Shown here: positions 17,898 to 28,166 of the stretch, piece by piece | Position numbering within the stretch: the first letter of the stretch is position 1 | How the letters are laid out: each line of letters opens with the position of its first letter | Assembly (NCBI GenBank): GCA_963781285.1 | Contig: CAWAFI010000025.1 | Location: 36,296-100,295 of the forward strand | Length of the DNA stretch: 64,000 nt | Direction of reading: 5' to 3' | From: an uncultured beta proteobacterium | Lineage (GTDB): Bacteria; Pseudomonadota; Gammaproteobacteria; Burkholderiales; Casimicrobiaceae | Made by a program: the position numbers and the translations under genes | Notes under the pieces: generated by a model | What the model was told of the DNA's origin: nothing | The model's input: only the letters and a program-made list of their open reading frames with translations | Database searches by the model: none

Positions 17898-18416
17898 TTG
17901 AATTCGATTGCAAAGGACCGTTGGTTGCGCTGGCTCTTCGTCAGCGTGGCCGTGATCGTGACCGACGCGGCGACGAAGGCCGCGATGATGGCGGCATTCC
18001 AGCCCGGCGAGGAGCGGCCCTTCACGAGCTTCTTCAGTCTGGTGCTGACGTTCAACACGGGCGCCGCGTTCAGTTTCCTCGCCGGCGCCGACGGGTGGCA
18101 GCGCTGGTTGTTCGCGGCGATCGCCGTCGCTGCGTCGGTGCTCATCGTCTGGCTGCTGCGGCGTGGCGGCGACGCACTGTACTGCCTCGGTCTCGCGCTG
18201 ATCCTCGGCGGCGCGCTCGGCAATCTCTGGGACCGGCTGACAATCGGCAAAGTCGTCGACTTTCTGCTGTTCCACTACGACCGCTGGGCCTATCCGGCCT
18301 TCAACGTGGCCGACAGCGCGATCACGGTCGGTGCTGGCCTCATCATCGTCGACAGCTTCCGCGCGCGCCGCAGCAGTCGGGCGCACGAACGTACCGACGC
18401 GTCGAAGGGAGCCTGA
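17898..18416 (+). CDS. lspA: Lipoprotein signal peptidase (signal peptidase II)
   Basis: [10 protein letters not shown]...[17 protein letters not shown]...LGNLWDRL...VVDFL...FNVADSAI are conserved LspA motifs. The start is uncertain (TTG 17898 or GTG 17856); no ATG is available. Confidence 0.85.
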   Translation: MNSIAKDRWLRWLFVSVAVIVTDAATKAAMMAAFQPGEERPFTSFFSLVLTFNTGAAFSFLAGADGWQRWLFAAIAVAASVLIVWLLRRGGDALYCLGLALILGGALGNLWDRLTIGKVVDFLLFHYDRWAYPAFNVADSAITVGAGLIIVDSFRARRSSRAHERTDASKGA

Positions 18417-18418
18417 CG

Positions 18419-19381
18419 ATGGACGTGCTGCTCGCCAATCCGCGCGGCTTCTGCGCCGGCGTCGACCGGGCGATCGCGATCGTCGAACAGGCGCTCGCCC
18501 AGTTCGGCGCGCCGATCTACGTGCGCCACGAGGTCGTCCACAACAAGTTCGTCGTCGACGACCTGAAGGCCAAGGGCGCCGTGTTCGTCGACGAACTCGA
18601 CGAGATCCCGCCCGGCAGCACCGTCGTGTTCTCTGCGCACGGTGTCGCGAAAGCGGTGCGCGCGGCGGCCGCCGCACGCGGACTCACTGTGTTCGACGCG
18701 ACCTGCCCGCTGGTCACGAAAGTGCACGTCGAGGTCGCCCGGATGCACGAGCACGGGCGAGAGATCGTGATGATCGGCCACCGCGGGCATCCGGAAGTCG
18801 AGGGCACGATGGGCCAGACGGATGGCGGCATCCACCTCGTCGAGTCGGTAGCCGACGTTGCAAGTCTCGCGGTGGCCAACCCGAACAACCTTGCGTACGT
18901 CACGCAGACGACGCTGTCGGTGGACGACGCGGCGGGGATCGTCGAAGCGCTGAAGCAGCGGTTCCCCGGAATCGCCGGACCGAGGAAGGACGACATCTGC
19001 TACGCGACTCAGAACCGACAGGATGCGGTCAAGTTCCTCGCGCCGCAGGTCGACGTCGTGATCGTTGTCGGCAGTCCGAACAGCTCCAATTCGAACCGCT
19101 TGCGCGAAGTCGCGGCGAAGCGTGGCATCCCGGCGTACATGGTCGACCGCGCGGATCAGCTGCGCGCGGAATGGGTTGCGGGCAAGGCGTGCGTCGGCGT
19201 CACCGCCGGTGCGTCGGCACCCGAGGTGCTGGTCGCCGAGGTCCTGGCGAGGTTGAAGAGCCTCGGGGCGAGTGGCGTGCGCGAGCTTCCCGGCGCGCCG
19301 GAGCACGTCGTGTTTCCGATGCCCAAGGGGCTGCACGCGCCGCATGGCGTCGCGGCGACGTTGCCGGTTCCCGATGCCTGA
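18419..19381 (+). CDS. ispH: 4-hydroxy-3-methylbut-2-enyl diphosphate reductase
   Basis: [19 protein letters not shown]...VRHEVVHN...CPLVTKVH...[12 protein letters not shown]. The ATG at 18419 lies 2 nt after the lspA stop. Confidence 0.95.
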   Translation: MDVLLANPRGFCAGVDRAIAIVEQALAQFGAPIYVRHEVVHNKFVVDDLKAKGAVFVDELDEIPPGSTVVFSAHGVAKAVRAAAAARGLTVFDATCPLVTKVHVEVARMHEHGREIVMIGHRGHPEVEGTMGQTDGGIHLVESVADVASLAVANPNNLAYVTQTTLSVDDAAGIVEALKQRFPGIAGPRKDDICYATQNRQDAVKFLAPQVDVVIVVGSPNSSNSNRLREVAAKRGIPAYMVDRADQLRAEWVAGKACVGVTAGASAPEVLVAEVLARLKSLGASGVRELPGAPEHVVFPMPKGLHAPHGVAATLPVPDA

Positions 19382-19388
19382 ACAGGCC

Positions 19389-20936
19389 TTAGGTTACCGG
19401 CGCGAAGTCGTAAAGCTCGAAGCCGGGCCCCTGCTCGACGAGTTTCAGCAGGACGGCAAACCCGGTTTCGCTGCCGCGGCGAAGCGACACGCCCTGTTCG
19501 ATCTGGAAGGATCCAGCCGGCACGAGTAGTTGCGGCGGCGGGGCTTCGGGGCCCGGCGCGTTCCGATCCTCGGGCAGCACGACGACCGGTGTCAGGTTGC
19601 CATCCGGTGCATCCTCGGCCGCAGCGGCCGCCGCTTCGGGACTGTCGGAGAGCAGCTCGCAGCCGAATTCGAGTCCACTGCCCTTCAACGTGTTGCGGAA
19701 CCAGCGCACCATCGCGACCTGCAGCCCGCTGCGTCCTTCGACGCGCAGTGCGATCAGGTCGCCGATCCGCAGCGCCGTCGGGTTGGCGTCGATCTGCCGC
19801 AGCGCGTAGCCCGCCGGTGTGTGGTTGATGACCTGGCACGCGGTCATCGCGGGCAGGCCGGCCGGCGCCTGCGCGACGCCGGCGTGGGTGCCGCGACTGT
19901 ACTGCCATACACCCGAGAGGCCCGCGCACATGACGACGCGGGCACGCGAAGGCAGCCGGTTGAATTGCCTTGCCGGTGGGATGGCCCACTGGCGAAGCAA
20001 CCGCTTCAGCAGCGCCACGTACTGAAGCCGCGCTGCCGGGTTCCTCCCGATGCCGGCCGGCACGTCCGCGCCCGATTCGAGCCCGCGCAATTGTTCCTGG
20101 ATCTGAAACGCGAGATCGAAGGTGAGGAGGAAGATCTTGCTGCCGTCGATCGAGCCGCCCTTGTTCGCAGAGAACGGCGGAAAATCGTGGCCGACCGGGA
20201 TGATCGCAACCGCCTTCGCCATCCGGTGGACCGGCGGGACGTCGGTGAGCTTTGCCCAGTGGCAGAACTCCTGCAGATAACGGATCACCGTGTCGAGTTG
20301 CCCGGGCAGGAACCCGTACGGATTGGCGAGTGCCAGGAGCAGCGCCTGCAGGTAGACGCGTTCGGGCGTCATCTCCGGCTGGTCGTGCGCGATCGCGTGC
20401 TGGTGCAGCGAGCGTTCGCGCGAGAACGCGTAGATCGCATGGGCGTCCAGCCACGTCTTCGCCGGCAGCGGCGAATAGGACAGGTAGCTGTTGATCAGAA
20501 TGCGGGCCGTGCACTGCAGCGTACGGTGGATCAGGGCGACCAGCAGGCGGTTGCCGGTGAGCAGGATCCGCCGGTCTGCCTCGCGTGCGAGCAGGTGCTT
20601 GTAGGCGACCGACAACTCGTAGGCGAGCCCCAGCGCCGCCTTCGCGGCTTCCAGCGCCTCGCCCGTCAACGGGTGCGACGCCCGAGCAAACTGTTTTTCG
20701 AGCAGCGGCCAGAGCGTACCGGCGGTCGTCCAATAGCGTTCGGCCAGCTCGAGCCGGCGCGAATCACTGAGGACGACGCGGTTGATCGCGGCGAGCGAGT
20801 CACCGATCACCCGGGCCGCTTCCACGGGGTCGCGTGCCAGGAGGTCGTCGAGCCAGGGGAAGACCTTGGCCGGGCGTGTCTCGGGGGGGTTTGCCGGTCG
20901 CGGGTCGAGCGGCGGCAGGCTTAGCTTCAGCGGCAT
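19389..20936 (-). CDS. Conserved hypothetical protein with a putative C-terminal PilZ (c-di-GMP-binding) domain
   Basis: 515-aa ORF with protein-like composition. RQFNR (RxxxR) is followed 42 aa later by NHTPAG (D/N-x-S/T-x-x-G), then beta-rich segments. The N-terminal 330 aa or so belong to no family I recognise. Confidence 0.6.
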   Translation of the reverse strand: MPLKLSLPPLDPRPANPPETRPAKVFPWLDDLLARDPVEAARVIGDSLAAINRVVLSDSRRLELAERYWTTAGTLWPLLEKQFARASHPLTGEALEAAKAALGLAYELSVAYKHLLAREADRRILLTGNRLLVALIHRTLQCTARILINSYLSYSPLPAKTWLDAHAIYAFSRERSLHQHAIAHDQPEMTPERVYLQALLLALANPYGFLPGQLDTVIRYLQEFCHWAKLTDVPPVHRMAKAVAIIPVGHDFPPFSANKGGSIDGSKIFLLTFDLAFQIQEQLRGLESGADVPAGIGRNPAARLQYVALLKRLLRQWAIPPARQFNRLPSRARVVMCAGLSGVWQYSRGTHAGVAQAPAGLPAMTACQVINHTPAGYALRQIDANPTALRIGDLIALRVEGRSGLQVAMVRWFRNTLKGSGLEFGCELLSDSPEAAAAAAEDAPDGNLTPVVVLPEDRNAPGPEAPPPQLLVPAGSFQIEQGVSLRRGSETGFAVLLKLVEQGPGFELYDFAPVT

Positions 20937-21049
20937 TTCTGTCGTTCGGTAATAGCGACGGCGATTGTAAGCGATGGAAGAGCCACGTTGTGCCGAAACC
21001 AGGCTTCACTAGAAGCAAGATTCTCGCCACCATCGCCCCGCGCCGCGCG

Positions 21050-21901
21050 CTAAATGCGCAGGAACGCAACAACGGGGTCGATCTGGTCGCGGGACAGCAG
21101 CGGGGGTGCGTGGCCAACGCCCGCGAATTCAACGAGCGCAGGCTTGGGTCCGCGCGCCCCCATCTGCGCCGCGGTAGCCGCGGAAAGCAGGTCCGACTCG
21201 GCGCCGCGCAGTACGAGCGTGGGGCAGCGGATCGCGTCCCAGAGCCCCCACAGGTCAGGCGGCGCCGCGGACGCGCGGAACGGGACGGCGATGCCCGGAT
21301 CGTAAGCGAGTCCCCAGCGACCGTCGGTACGCTGACGAACGTTGGTGCGCGTCAGATGCTCCCACTGTGCGTCGGTGAGCGGGCCGAAGGGTGCCGAGAC
21401 CGTGCGGATGTACTGCGCAATCTCGTCGTAGGTCGCGAAGGTCGGATCGAGACCGAAGTAGCCACGGATCCGCTCCAGGGCGGCGGGCTCGATCGTCGGC
21501 CCGACATCGTTGACGACCAGGCGCGTGATCGGCGTGTGGGGCAGCGCTGCGATCGTGATGCCAAGAAGTCCGCCCATCGAGGTGCCGACCCAGTCGACGC
21601 AATCCGCACCGCTGCGGGCGATCAGCGCGGTGAGCGTCGTGAGGTAAGTGGGAAAAACATAGTCGTTCGGATCTGCGAGCCAATCACTTTCGCCGCGGCC
21701 GGGCATGTCGACCGCCAGCACGCGATGCGTAGGCGACAGCGCTTCGGCCAGCGCGTCGAAGTCGCGGCCGTTGCGGCCGACCCCGTGGACGCAGATCGCG
21801 ACGCGTGGGTTGCCCGGCTCGCCCCACTCGTAATAGACGACGCGATGAAACCCGTGGGGAGAGAGGCCGTGCAATGTAGAGGTGCGAGGGGGAAACGACA
21901 T
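21050..21901 (-). CDS. Alpha/beta-fold hydrolase
   Basis: HGVGRNGRDFD, nucleophile elbow GTSMGG, and a C-terminal GHAP histidine motif. Start at MSFPPRTSTLHG (ATG 21901). Confidence 0.8.
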   Translation of the reverse strand: MSFPPRTSTLHGLSPHGFHRVVYYEWGEPGNPRVAICVHGVGRNGRDFDALAEALSPTHRVLAVDMPGRGESDWLADPNDYVFPTYLTTLTALIARSGADCVDWVGTSMGGLLGITIAALPHTPITRLVVNDVGPTIEPAALERIRGYFGLDPTFATYDEIAQYIRTVSAPFGPLTDAQWEHLTRTNVRQRTDGRWGLAYDPGIAVPFRASAAPPDLWGLWDAIRCPTLVLRGAESDLLSAATAAQMGARGPKPALVEFAGVGHAPPLLSRDQIDPVVAFLRI

Positions 21902-22056
21902 GTGGTTTTCGCTGCGCTCGGGTAACGGTAGCGCATCGTCGGGGAATTGTCGGATCGCGTCAACGCAGATCGCGGCGGAGAGAACACCGCCGCTTCCCGG
22001 CGCGGCCGAATTCGCGCGAGAATACCTGCTTTGCTTGTCGCGAAGGAAAGGTATCC

Positions 22057-22461
22057 ATGCCTCGCCGCAGCCCAATCATCCCGCTGGTCGCCGTGGCCGC
22101 CTTGGCCGGCACGTTCACAGGCTGCGCGCCGGACGCGTATACGAACATCAAGGCCACCGGTTACAACGCGTTCCTCAATCAGATTGCCGTCTCCTGCAAG
22201 CCGCTGCTGATCGGAGCGCGCGATATGGGTTACGCGATCCAGCACGAAAGCAGCGGCGGCGATGACAAATACAGCTATTTCATCGACCTCACGTCGCAGC
22301 TGTATTACGGCCGTACTTCGCCGGAGGCGTATCGCAGCGGAATCTCGGGCTTTCTCGGCGGCGGGGCCGACACGAACCGGTCGCTCGACTGCATCATGTC
22401 GAACCTAGCCTCGGCGCGCGCCAGCACGGGCGGGGCACCGCCACCCCCGCCGCGGATCTAG
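22057..22461 (+). CDS. Putative lipoprotein, function unknown
   Basis: Signal peptide plus lipobox LAGTFTG|C. GGAAAGG precedes the ATG. Its TAG stop (22459-22461) lies inside the left inverted repeat of the element at 22458-22734. Confidence 0.65.
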   Translation: MPRRSPIIPLVAVAALAGTFTGCAPDAYTNIKATGYNAFLNQIAVSCKPLLIGARDMGYAIQHESSGGDDKYSYFIDLTSQLYYGRTSPEAYRSGISGFLGGGADTNRSLDCIMSNLASARASTGGAPPPPPRI

Positions 22462-22734
22462 GAGCCTGTCGGACTTACTTTCGCGCATGCGTTGCGGGTC
22501 AAAAAGCGATGGATGCAAGGCGCGAGGCGCAGCGAATATCGGGAATATTCGCCAGCCGAGCAACGCAGCAGACACGCTTTTTGACCCGCAACCCGGAGGG
22601 ACGGGGCGCTTTGGCGGCATTTCTTCGTTGTTCGCCCTTGCCATAGTCCCGCTATGGCTTCAGGCTCACGCCTCGAACTGCCGCCAAATCGCCTCCCCGT
22701 CGCATACGTGAAAGTAAGTCCGACAGGCTCCTAG
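22458..22734. mobile_element. MITE-like non-autonomous element (277 bp) with perfect 25-bp terminal inverted repeats and no ORF
   Basis: CTAGGAGCCTGTCGGACTTACTTTC at 22458-22482 is the exact reverse complement of 22710-22734. There is an internal 18-bp perfect stem (22491-22508 with 22575-22592) and a nested 8-bp hairpin (22532-22539 with 22545-22552). Confidence 0.65.
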
Positions 22735-22756
22735 GGCCTGCTCTGAGGATTGGCTC

Positions 22757-23386
22757 TTACCGGACAGCGCGCAACGTCCGGTCGAGTATCAGCAGCATCG
22801 CGGCCGTGGCCCCCCAGATATAGCGGTCGCCGTAGGGAATCGCCCAGAAATCGCGGCGCAGCGCGCCCAACATTCGGAAATGACGCTGCTGGTGCGCGGG
22901 GTCGAGCAGGAACGCCAGCGGCACCTCGAACACGTCGGCGACCTCGACTGGATCCGGTGTCAGCTCGAACGGCGGCTCGACCCAGCCGACGACAGGCGTG
23001 ACGCGATACCCGGTCACCGTCTCGTAATCGGCGAGGTGTCCGAGCACCGATACTTGCGCGGGCGGCAGCCCCACTTCCTCCGCGGCTTCACGCAACGCCG
23101 CGGCCGCCGCCGAGGCATCGTCCGGCTCGACGCGTCCGCCCGGAAAGCTGATCTGGCCCGGATGGTCGGGTAGTTCGGCGCTGCGCTGGGTCAGCAAGAC
23201 TTGCAGGCCTTCGGGCCGGTTGACGAGCGGCACGAGGACCGCGGCCGGCGTTGGCGTGCCTTCGCGGCCCGGCAGCCGGAAGCCGTCGGATAGATTTTTC
23301 GCCGTCGGCGGGGCAGGGCGCGCAAGCGCCTCGACGAGCCAGTCGCGCTGCTCGGACGGGGGAAGCTTGAACAGGGAAAGCGGCAT
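22757..23386 (-). CDS. NUDIX hydrolase, CoA pyrophosphatase-like
   Basis: Nudix box GQISFPGGRVEPDDASAAAAALREAAEEVGL, with an upstream LLTQRS segment typical of the NudL/CoA pyrophosphatase subgroup. Confidence 0.8.
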   Translation of the reverse strand: MPLSLFKLPPSEQRDWLVEALARPAPPTAKNLSDGFRLPGREGTPTPAAVLVPLVNRPEGLQVLLTQRSAELPDHPGQISFPGGRVEPDDASAAAAALREAAEEVGLPPAQVSVLGHLADYETVTGYRVTPVVGWVEPPFELTPDPVEVADVFEVPLAFLLDPAHQQRHFRMLGALRRDFWAIPYGDRYIWGATAAMLLILDRTLRAVR

Positions 23387-23504
23387 CGGGCGCCGATCTG
23401 GCTGGGGCAGGACGGCACGCCAAACCCGCCCTCCCGTGCCCGCAATCCAGTCCGTGCGGGCACCAGACTTATTTTACCGCGCCAGGCATCACCGACGCGC
23501 GGTA

Positions 23505-24500
23505 TCACGCGTCGTCGAAGCGGCGCAGCCGGGTCGGGCGCAGGTGCGCGACGGCGCCACGCTGTAACGCCAGTGCGCGCGCCGCCTCACGGGGGAGCTC
23601 AACGTTCACCGTCCGCGCGTCGCATTCGAGCGCGAACTCGAGGCGCGCGACTGGCCCGATCGTCGCGCTGTGGACCAGCCGTGCCGGCAAGGCGTCCGCG
23701 GCAGCCTGCGGCAGAACGGCGATTTCGTACGGACGCACGAAGGCATCGATGCCGGCATCGTCGGGGATCGGCAGCCGGTTGACGTGACCGAGAAACTCGA
23801 CGACGAACGGCGTGGCAGGGTGATCGTAGACCTCGTCCGGCGTCCCGATCTGCTCGACGCGGCCGTGGTTCATCACGACGATCCTGTCCGCGACCTCGAG
23901 CGCCTCTTCCTGATCGTGCGTGACGAAGACACTGGTCACGTGGACTTCGTCGTGCAGCCGCCGTAGCCACCGCCGTAATTCCTGGCGCACGCGCGCGTCG
24001 AGCGCACCGAACGGCTCGTCCAGCAGCAATACGCGCGGCTCGACGGCCAGCGCACGAGCGAGTGCGATCCGTTGTCGCTGGCCACCAGAAAGCTGATGCG
24101 GGTACCGATCAGCGAGCCAGTCGAGCTGCACGAGTTCCAGCAGCGTGTCTACTTTCCGCCGTATATCCGTTTCGGGAAGACGCTGCGATCGCGGCCGCAC
24201 GCGCAGGCCGAACGCGACGTTCTCGAAGATGGTCATGTGACCGAACAGCGCGTAGTGCTGGAACACGAAGCCGACCTGCCGCTCGCGCGCATGGATGTCG
24301 GTCGCGTCCTCGCCGTAGAACGCCACCGTACCGGCGTCCGGCGCTTCGAGTCCCGCGATGATCCGCAGCAGCGTCGTCTTGCCCGACCCGGAGGGCCCGA
24401 GCAATGCGAGCAGCTCCCCGGTCTGAACCTCGAGATCGACGTCATCGACGGCGACAAAGGCGCCAAAGCGTTTGGCGATCCCCGTCAGCTGGATGCTCAT
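23505..24500 (-). CDS. cysA: Sulfate/thiosulfate ABC transporter ATP-binding protein
   Basis: Walker [10 protein letters not shown], signature LSGGQRQR, Walker B LLLDEPF. The ATG at 24500 overlaps the cysW stop (ATGA). Confidence 0.9.
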   Translation of the reverse strand: MSIQLTGIAKRFGAFVAVDDVDLEVQTGELLALLGPSGSGKTTLLRIIAGLEAPDAGTVAFYGEDATDIHARERQVGFVFQHYALFGHMTIFENVAFGLRVRPRSQRLPETDIRRKVDTLLELVQLDWLADRYPHQLSGGQRQRIALARALAVEPRVLLLDEPFGALDARVRQELRRWLRRLHDEVHVTSVFVTHDQEEALEVADRIVVMNHGRVEQIGTPDEVYDHPATPFVVEFLGHVNRLPIPDDAGIDAFVRPYEIAVLPQAAADALPARLVHSATIGPVARLEFALECDARTVNVELPREAARALALQRGAVAHLRPTRLRRFDDA

Positions 24501-25366
24501 TCCGGTCGTTCTCCTGCGAATCGGGTGTTCTGGTAGGTGCGCCGTCCGACAAAGAACTTCAGCGCAAGCGTGACCAGTGCCAGCAGGGCCAGCAGCGACG
24601 CGACGGCGAATGCCGCCGCGAACTGGTATTCGTTGTACAGGATCTCGACGTGCAGCGGCAGCGTGTTCGTGGCACCGCGGATGTGTCCCGACACCACCGA
24701 TACGGCGCCGAACTCGCCCATCGCCCGTGCATTGCACAGGATCACGCCGTAGAGGAGGCCCCATTTGACGTTCGGCAGCGTCACGCGGAGGAACGTCTGC
24801 CACCCCGAGGCGCCGAGCACGGTCGCCGCTTCCTCCTGCTCGGTCCCTTGCGCCTGCATCAGCGGAATCAGCTCGCGCGCGACGAACGGAAAGGTGACGA
24901 ATATCGTCGCCAGCACGATGCCGGGCACCGCGAAAATGATCTTCAGGTCATGTTCGTGCAGCCACGCCCCGAACCACCCCTGCAGGCCGAAGATCAGCAC
25001 ATAGATGAGACCGGAGACGACCGGCGATACCGAGAACGGGAGGTCGATCAACGTCGTCAGGACGTCCTTGCCGGGAAATGAGAACTTGGCGATCGTCCAG
25101 GCTGCCGCGATCCCGAATACGAGATTGAGCGGCACGGCGATCGCGGCCGTCAGCAGCGTGAGCTTGATCGCGGCGATCGCGTCCGGCTCGGTGATCGCGG
25201 CCAGGTACACACCGAAACCCTTCTTCAACGCTTCGACGAGTATGAAGGCCAGCGGTACAAGCACGAACAGCCCGAGGAACACCAGCGCGGTGACGACGAG
25301 CGCGTAGCGCAATGCTGCCGGTTCGGAGGCATCAGCGGACGCCAAGGCGAGGGAAGCATCCGCCAT
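24497..25366 (-). CDS. cysW: Sulfate ABC transporter permease
   Basis: Multi-pass permease with an EAA-like loop ([21 protein letters not shown]). It sits between cysT and cysA. Confidence 0.9.
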   Translation of the reverse strand: MADASLALASADASEPAALRYALVVTALVFLGLFVLVPLAFILVEALKKGFGVYLAAITEPDAIAAIKLTLLTAAIAVPLNLVFGIAAAWTIAKFSFPGKDVLTTLIDLPFSVSPVVSGLIYVLIFGLQGWFGAWLHEHDLKIIFAVPGIVLATIFVTFPFVARELIPLMQAQGTEQEEAATVLGASGWQTFLRVTLPNVKWGLLYGVILCNARAMGEFGAVSVVSGHIRGATNTLPLHVEILYNEYQFAAAFAVASLLALLALVTLALKFFVGRRTYQNTRFAGERPE

Positions 25367-25376
25367 TCGGGATCCG

Positions 25377-26309
25377 TCAGTCGAGCGCGCCCTGGCGCCG
25401 CCGCGTCCAGGCTTGCAGCGCGTTGATCGAGAGCAGCAGCGCGAACGAAACCACCAGCATCACCACCGCGACAGCCGTCGCGCCTGTGTAGTCATACTGC
25501 TCGAGCTTGGTGATGATGATGAGCGGCGTGATCTCCGACACCATCGGCATGTTGCCGGCGATGAAGATCACGGATCCGTATTCGCCGATCGCGCGCGCGA
25601 ACGCCAGCGCGAAGCCCGTAAGCAGCGCGGGCGTGACGATGGGAAAGACGACGCGGCGGAAGCTCTGCCACCGCGAGGCGCCCAGGGTCGCCGCCGCTTC
25701 TTCCAGCTCCCGCGGCAGCTCCTCCAGTACCGGCTGCACGGTGCGCACGACGAACGGCAGGCCGATGAACGTCAGTGCGACGATGATGCCCAGCGGCGTG
25801 AAGGCGACCTTGATGCCGAGCGGGACGAGGAGCGCACCGAACCAGCCATTGGGTGCGAACAGCCCCGTCAGTGCGATACCGGCGACGGCGGTTGGGAGCG
25901 CGAATGGTAGGTCGACCAATGCATCGACAAGACGCAGCGCCGGAAAGCGATAACGAACGAGGACCCACGCGACCAGCAGACCGAAAACCGCATTGATCCC
26001 CGCAGCGCAAAGAGACGCGCCGAACGTCAGTTGGTAACTGGCGACGACGCGCGGCGCAGTGACGATCTCGACGAATGCCGGCCATGTGAGTTGCGCTGTT
26101 TTAACGAAGGCCGCCGCCAGCGGGATCAGCACGACCAGTCCGAGATACAGCAGCGTGTAGCCGAGACCGAGACCGAAGCCGGGCAGCACGCGGTGAGCCT
26201 GAGGTTGCGGGCGCACCAGCACGCTCGCGGCGTTGGCAGCGATGGCACGGGCCACCCGGAAATGTGGATTGGTGCCCAAGACGGCCTGGTTTCCGAGCGG
26301 CCCGGTCAT
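25377..26309 (-). CDS. cysT: Sulfate ABC transporter permease
   Basis: Permease with [22 protein letters not shown]. The start at MTGPLGNQ (26309) is tentative; the longer ORF extension is junk. Confidence 0.85.
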   Translation of the reverse strand: MTGPLGNQAVLGTNPHFRVARAIAANAASVLVRPQPQAHRVLPGFGLGLGYTLLYLGLVVLIPLAAAFVKTAQLTWPAFVEIVTAPRVVASYQLTFGASLCAAGINAVFGLLVAWVLVRYRFPALRLVDALVDLPFALPTAVAGIALTGLFAPNGWFGALLVPLGIKVAFTPLGIIVALTFIGLPFVVRTVQPVLEELPRELEEAAATLGASRWQSFRRVVFPIVTPALLTGFALAFARAIGEYGSVIFIAGNMPMVSEITPLIIITKLEQYDYTGATAVAVVMLVVSFALLLSINALQAWTRRRQGALD

Positions 26310-26349
26310 CTTTTTGCGCGCGTCCGGTATCGCCTGCCGCCCGCGTACA

Positions 26350-26988
26350 TCAGCTCGCGTAACACGGGGTCCCGGCGCCCTGTTCGCGCTCGGCCGCGGC
26401 ATCGAGTTGCCGGAGCAACCGCAATCCGTCCGGCCAGGGCCCGAAGCCGGACTCGGCGTCAACGTGTCCGGCACTACGGTAGGCGACCAGGCGGCTGCCC
26501 CACGTGGTGGCGAGACTGCCGGCCATGACGAGCTTGATCCCGGGATCGTCGGTGCTGCCCACGACGATGCTAGCAAAGGGGAGCTTCGAGCGCGGTACAA
26601 GCTCGTCGACGCCGAAGCGCTCAGGGTCGGCGGGCGCGACGAGCAGCGCGGCCCGGATCGGCGCCCGATGCACGATCGCAGCGCGGACCGTGGCGAGACA
26701 TCCAAAGCTGTGCGCTGCGATCAGCGGAGGCGCACCAGCGGAGCGGAATGCGGACGCCAGGGTCTCGGCCCAGGCCTCGAGGTCGGGCGAGCCCCACGCA
26801 CGCTGGATGACGCGCATGAATTCGGGTCGCGCTTCCTGCCACAGGGTCTGCCAATGGCCCGGCCCGCTGTCATTGAGGCCAGGCACGATGTGGACCGGCG
26901 CCGATCCGATCGGACCGGCGTAGGGATCCGTCGGCGCGCACCGAAGCCGCTGCCGGGCGATGCTCGTAAGGCGCACGTTTGCGCTCAT
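26350..26988 (-). CDS. Serine hydrolase of the YdeN/RBBP9 (Ser_hydrolase) alpha/beta family
   Basis: [16 protein letters not shown], nucleophile AHSFGC, acidic STDDP, and His in SAGHV. Start at MSANVRL (ATG 26988). Confidence 0.7.
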   Translation of the reverse strand: MSANVRLTSIARQRLRCAPTDPYAGPIGSAPVHIVPGLNDSGPGHWQTLWQEARPEFMRVIQRAWGSPDLEAWAETLASAFRSAGAPPLIAAHSFGCLATVRAAIVHRAPIRAALLVAPADPERFGVDELVPRSKLPFASIVVGSTDDPGIKLVMAGSLATTWGSRLVAYRSAGHVDAESGFGPWPDGLRLLRQLDAAAEREQGAGTPCYAS

Positions 26989-26995
26989 CGCGGCC

Positions 26996-28018
26996 TCACC
27001 ACCTTGAACCGGGCTTGTAGATCTGGTCGAACGTCCCACCATCGGCGAAATGCGCCTTCTGCGCCTTCTGCCAGTCGCCGAAGTACTCTTTGAGCAGGAA
27101 CAGACTGACTTTTGCGAACTGCTGGTCGTACTTCCTGGCGACCGCGTCGAGCGTGGGGCGGTAGTAGTTCTTCGCGGCGATTTCCTGCCCTTCCGGGGTG
27201 TAGAGATATTCGAGATAAGCTTGCGCGACCTTGCGCGTGCCTCGCTTGTCGACCACCCTGTCGACCAGCGCGACCGGCGGTTCGGCGAGGATGGAATACG
27301 ACGGCACGACGATCTCGACCCTGTCGGCACCGAGTTCCTTCACCGCGAGATGGGCCTCGTTCTCCCATGCGAGCAGCACATCGCCGATGCCACGCTCGAC
27401 GAACGTCGTCGTCGCGCCCCGCGCCCCGGAATCGAGCACCGGCACGTTCGCGTAGAGTTTGCGCACGAATTCCTTCGCCTGGGACTCGCCACCATATTTC
27501 CTTTGCGCAAAGCCCCACGCCGCCAGGTAGTTCCAGCGCGCGCCGCCCGAGGTCTTCGGATTCGGCGTAATCACCGCGATCCCGGGCTTGACGAGATCGT
27601 CCCAGTCCTTGATCCCTTTTGGATTTCCCTTGCGGACGAGGAATACGATCGTCGACGTGTACGGCGAGCTGTTGTGCGGAAGCCGTCCCTGCCAATCGGT
27701 GGGCAGCAGCTTCGCGATCTGCGCAATTTCGTCGATGTCGTAGGCGAGTGCCAGCGTCACCACGTCGGCCTCGAGGCCGTCGATGACGCCGCGCGCCTGC
27801 TTGCCCGAGCCGCCATGCGATTGCTTGATCGTCACTTTCTCGCCTGCCTTTGCCTGCCAGTACCTGGCGAACGCGGCATTGAAGGTCTGATACAGCTCGC
27901 GGGTGGGATCGTAGGAGACGTTGAGCAGCGTCGTGTCCGCCTGCGCGGCCGGCACGATCGTCAAGCTGACTAGCAATATCGTCGCGGTGAAGAATGAGCG
28001 CGTATTCATAATTAACAT
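26996..28018 (-). CDS. sbp: Periplasmic sulfate-binding protein
   Basis: Signal peptide, then [13 protein letters not shown]...[10 protein letters not shown]...[16 protein letters not shown], which are classical Sbp/CysP motifs. An alternative start is at 28009. Confidence 0.9.
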   Translation of the reverse strand: MLIMNTRSFFTATILLVSLTIVPAAQADTTLLNVSYDPTRELYQTFNAAFARYWQAKAGEKVTIKQSHGGSGKQARGVIDGLEADVVTLALAYDIDEIAQIAKLLPTDWQGRLPHNSSPYTSTIVFLVRKGNPKGIKDWDDLVKPGIAVITPNPKTSGGARWNYLAAWGFAQRKYGGESQAKEFVRKLYANVPVLDSGARGATTTFVERGIGDVLLAWENEAHLAVKELGADRVEIVVPSYSILAEPPVALVDRVVDKRGTRKVAQAYLEYLYTPEGQEIAAKNYYRPTLDAVARKYDQQFAKVSLFLLKEYFGDWQKAQKAHFADGGTFDQIYKPGSRW

Positions 28019-28069
28019 TTCCTGGCTATATTGATGAGTGATTTAGTAAGTGCCTGGTTATATATGGCG

Positions 28070-28094
28070 CCAAAGAAAAGCCGCGTCGCGGCTT
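28070..28094 (-). terminator. Intrinsic terminator candidate downstream of cysN
   Basis: On the minus strand: AAGCCGC-GAC-GCGGCTT followed by TTCTTTGG. It lies between the cysN stop and the AT-rich sbp promoter region. Confidence 0.6.
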
Positions 28095-28166
28095 CTCGGT
28101 GGCTTCCTCGGCGTCACATTCGCCGACATCGATGCCAGGTGCTCGCCGGTGCCGGATTCACTGCGC

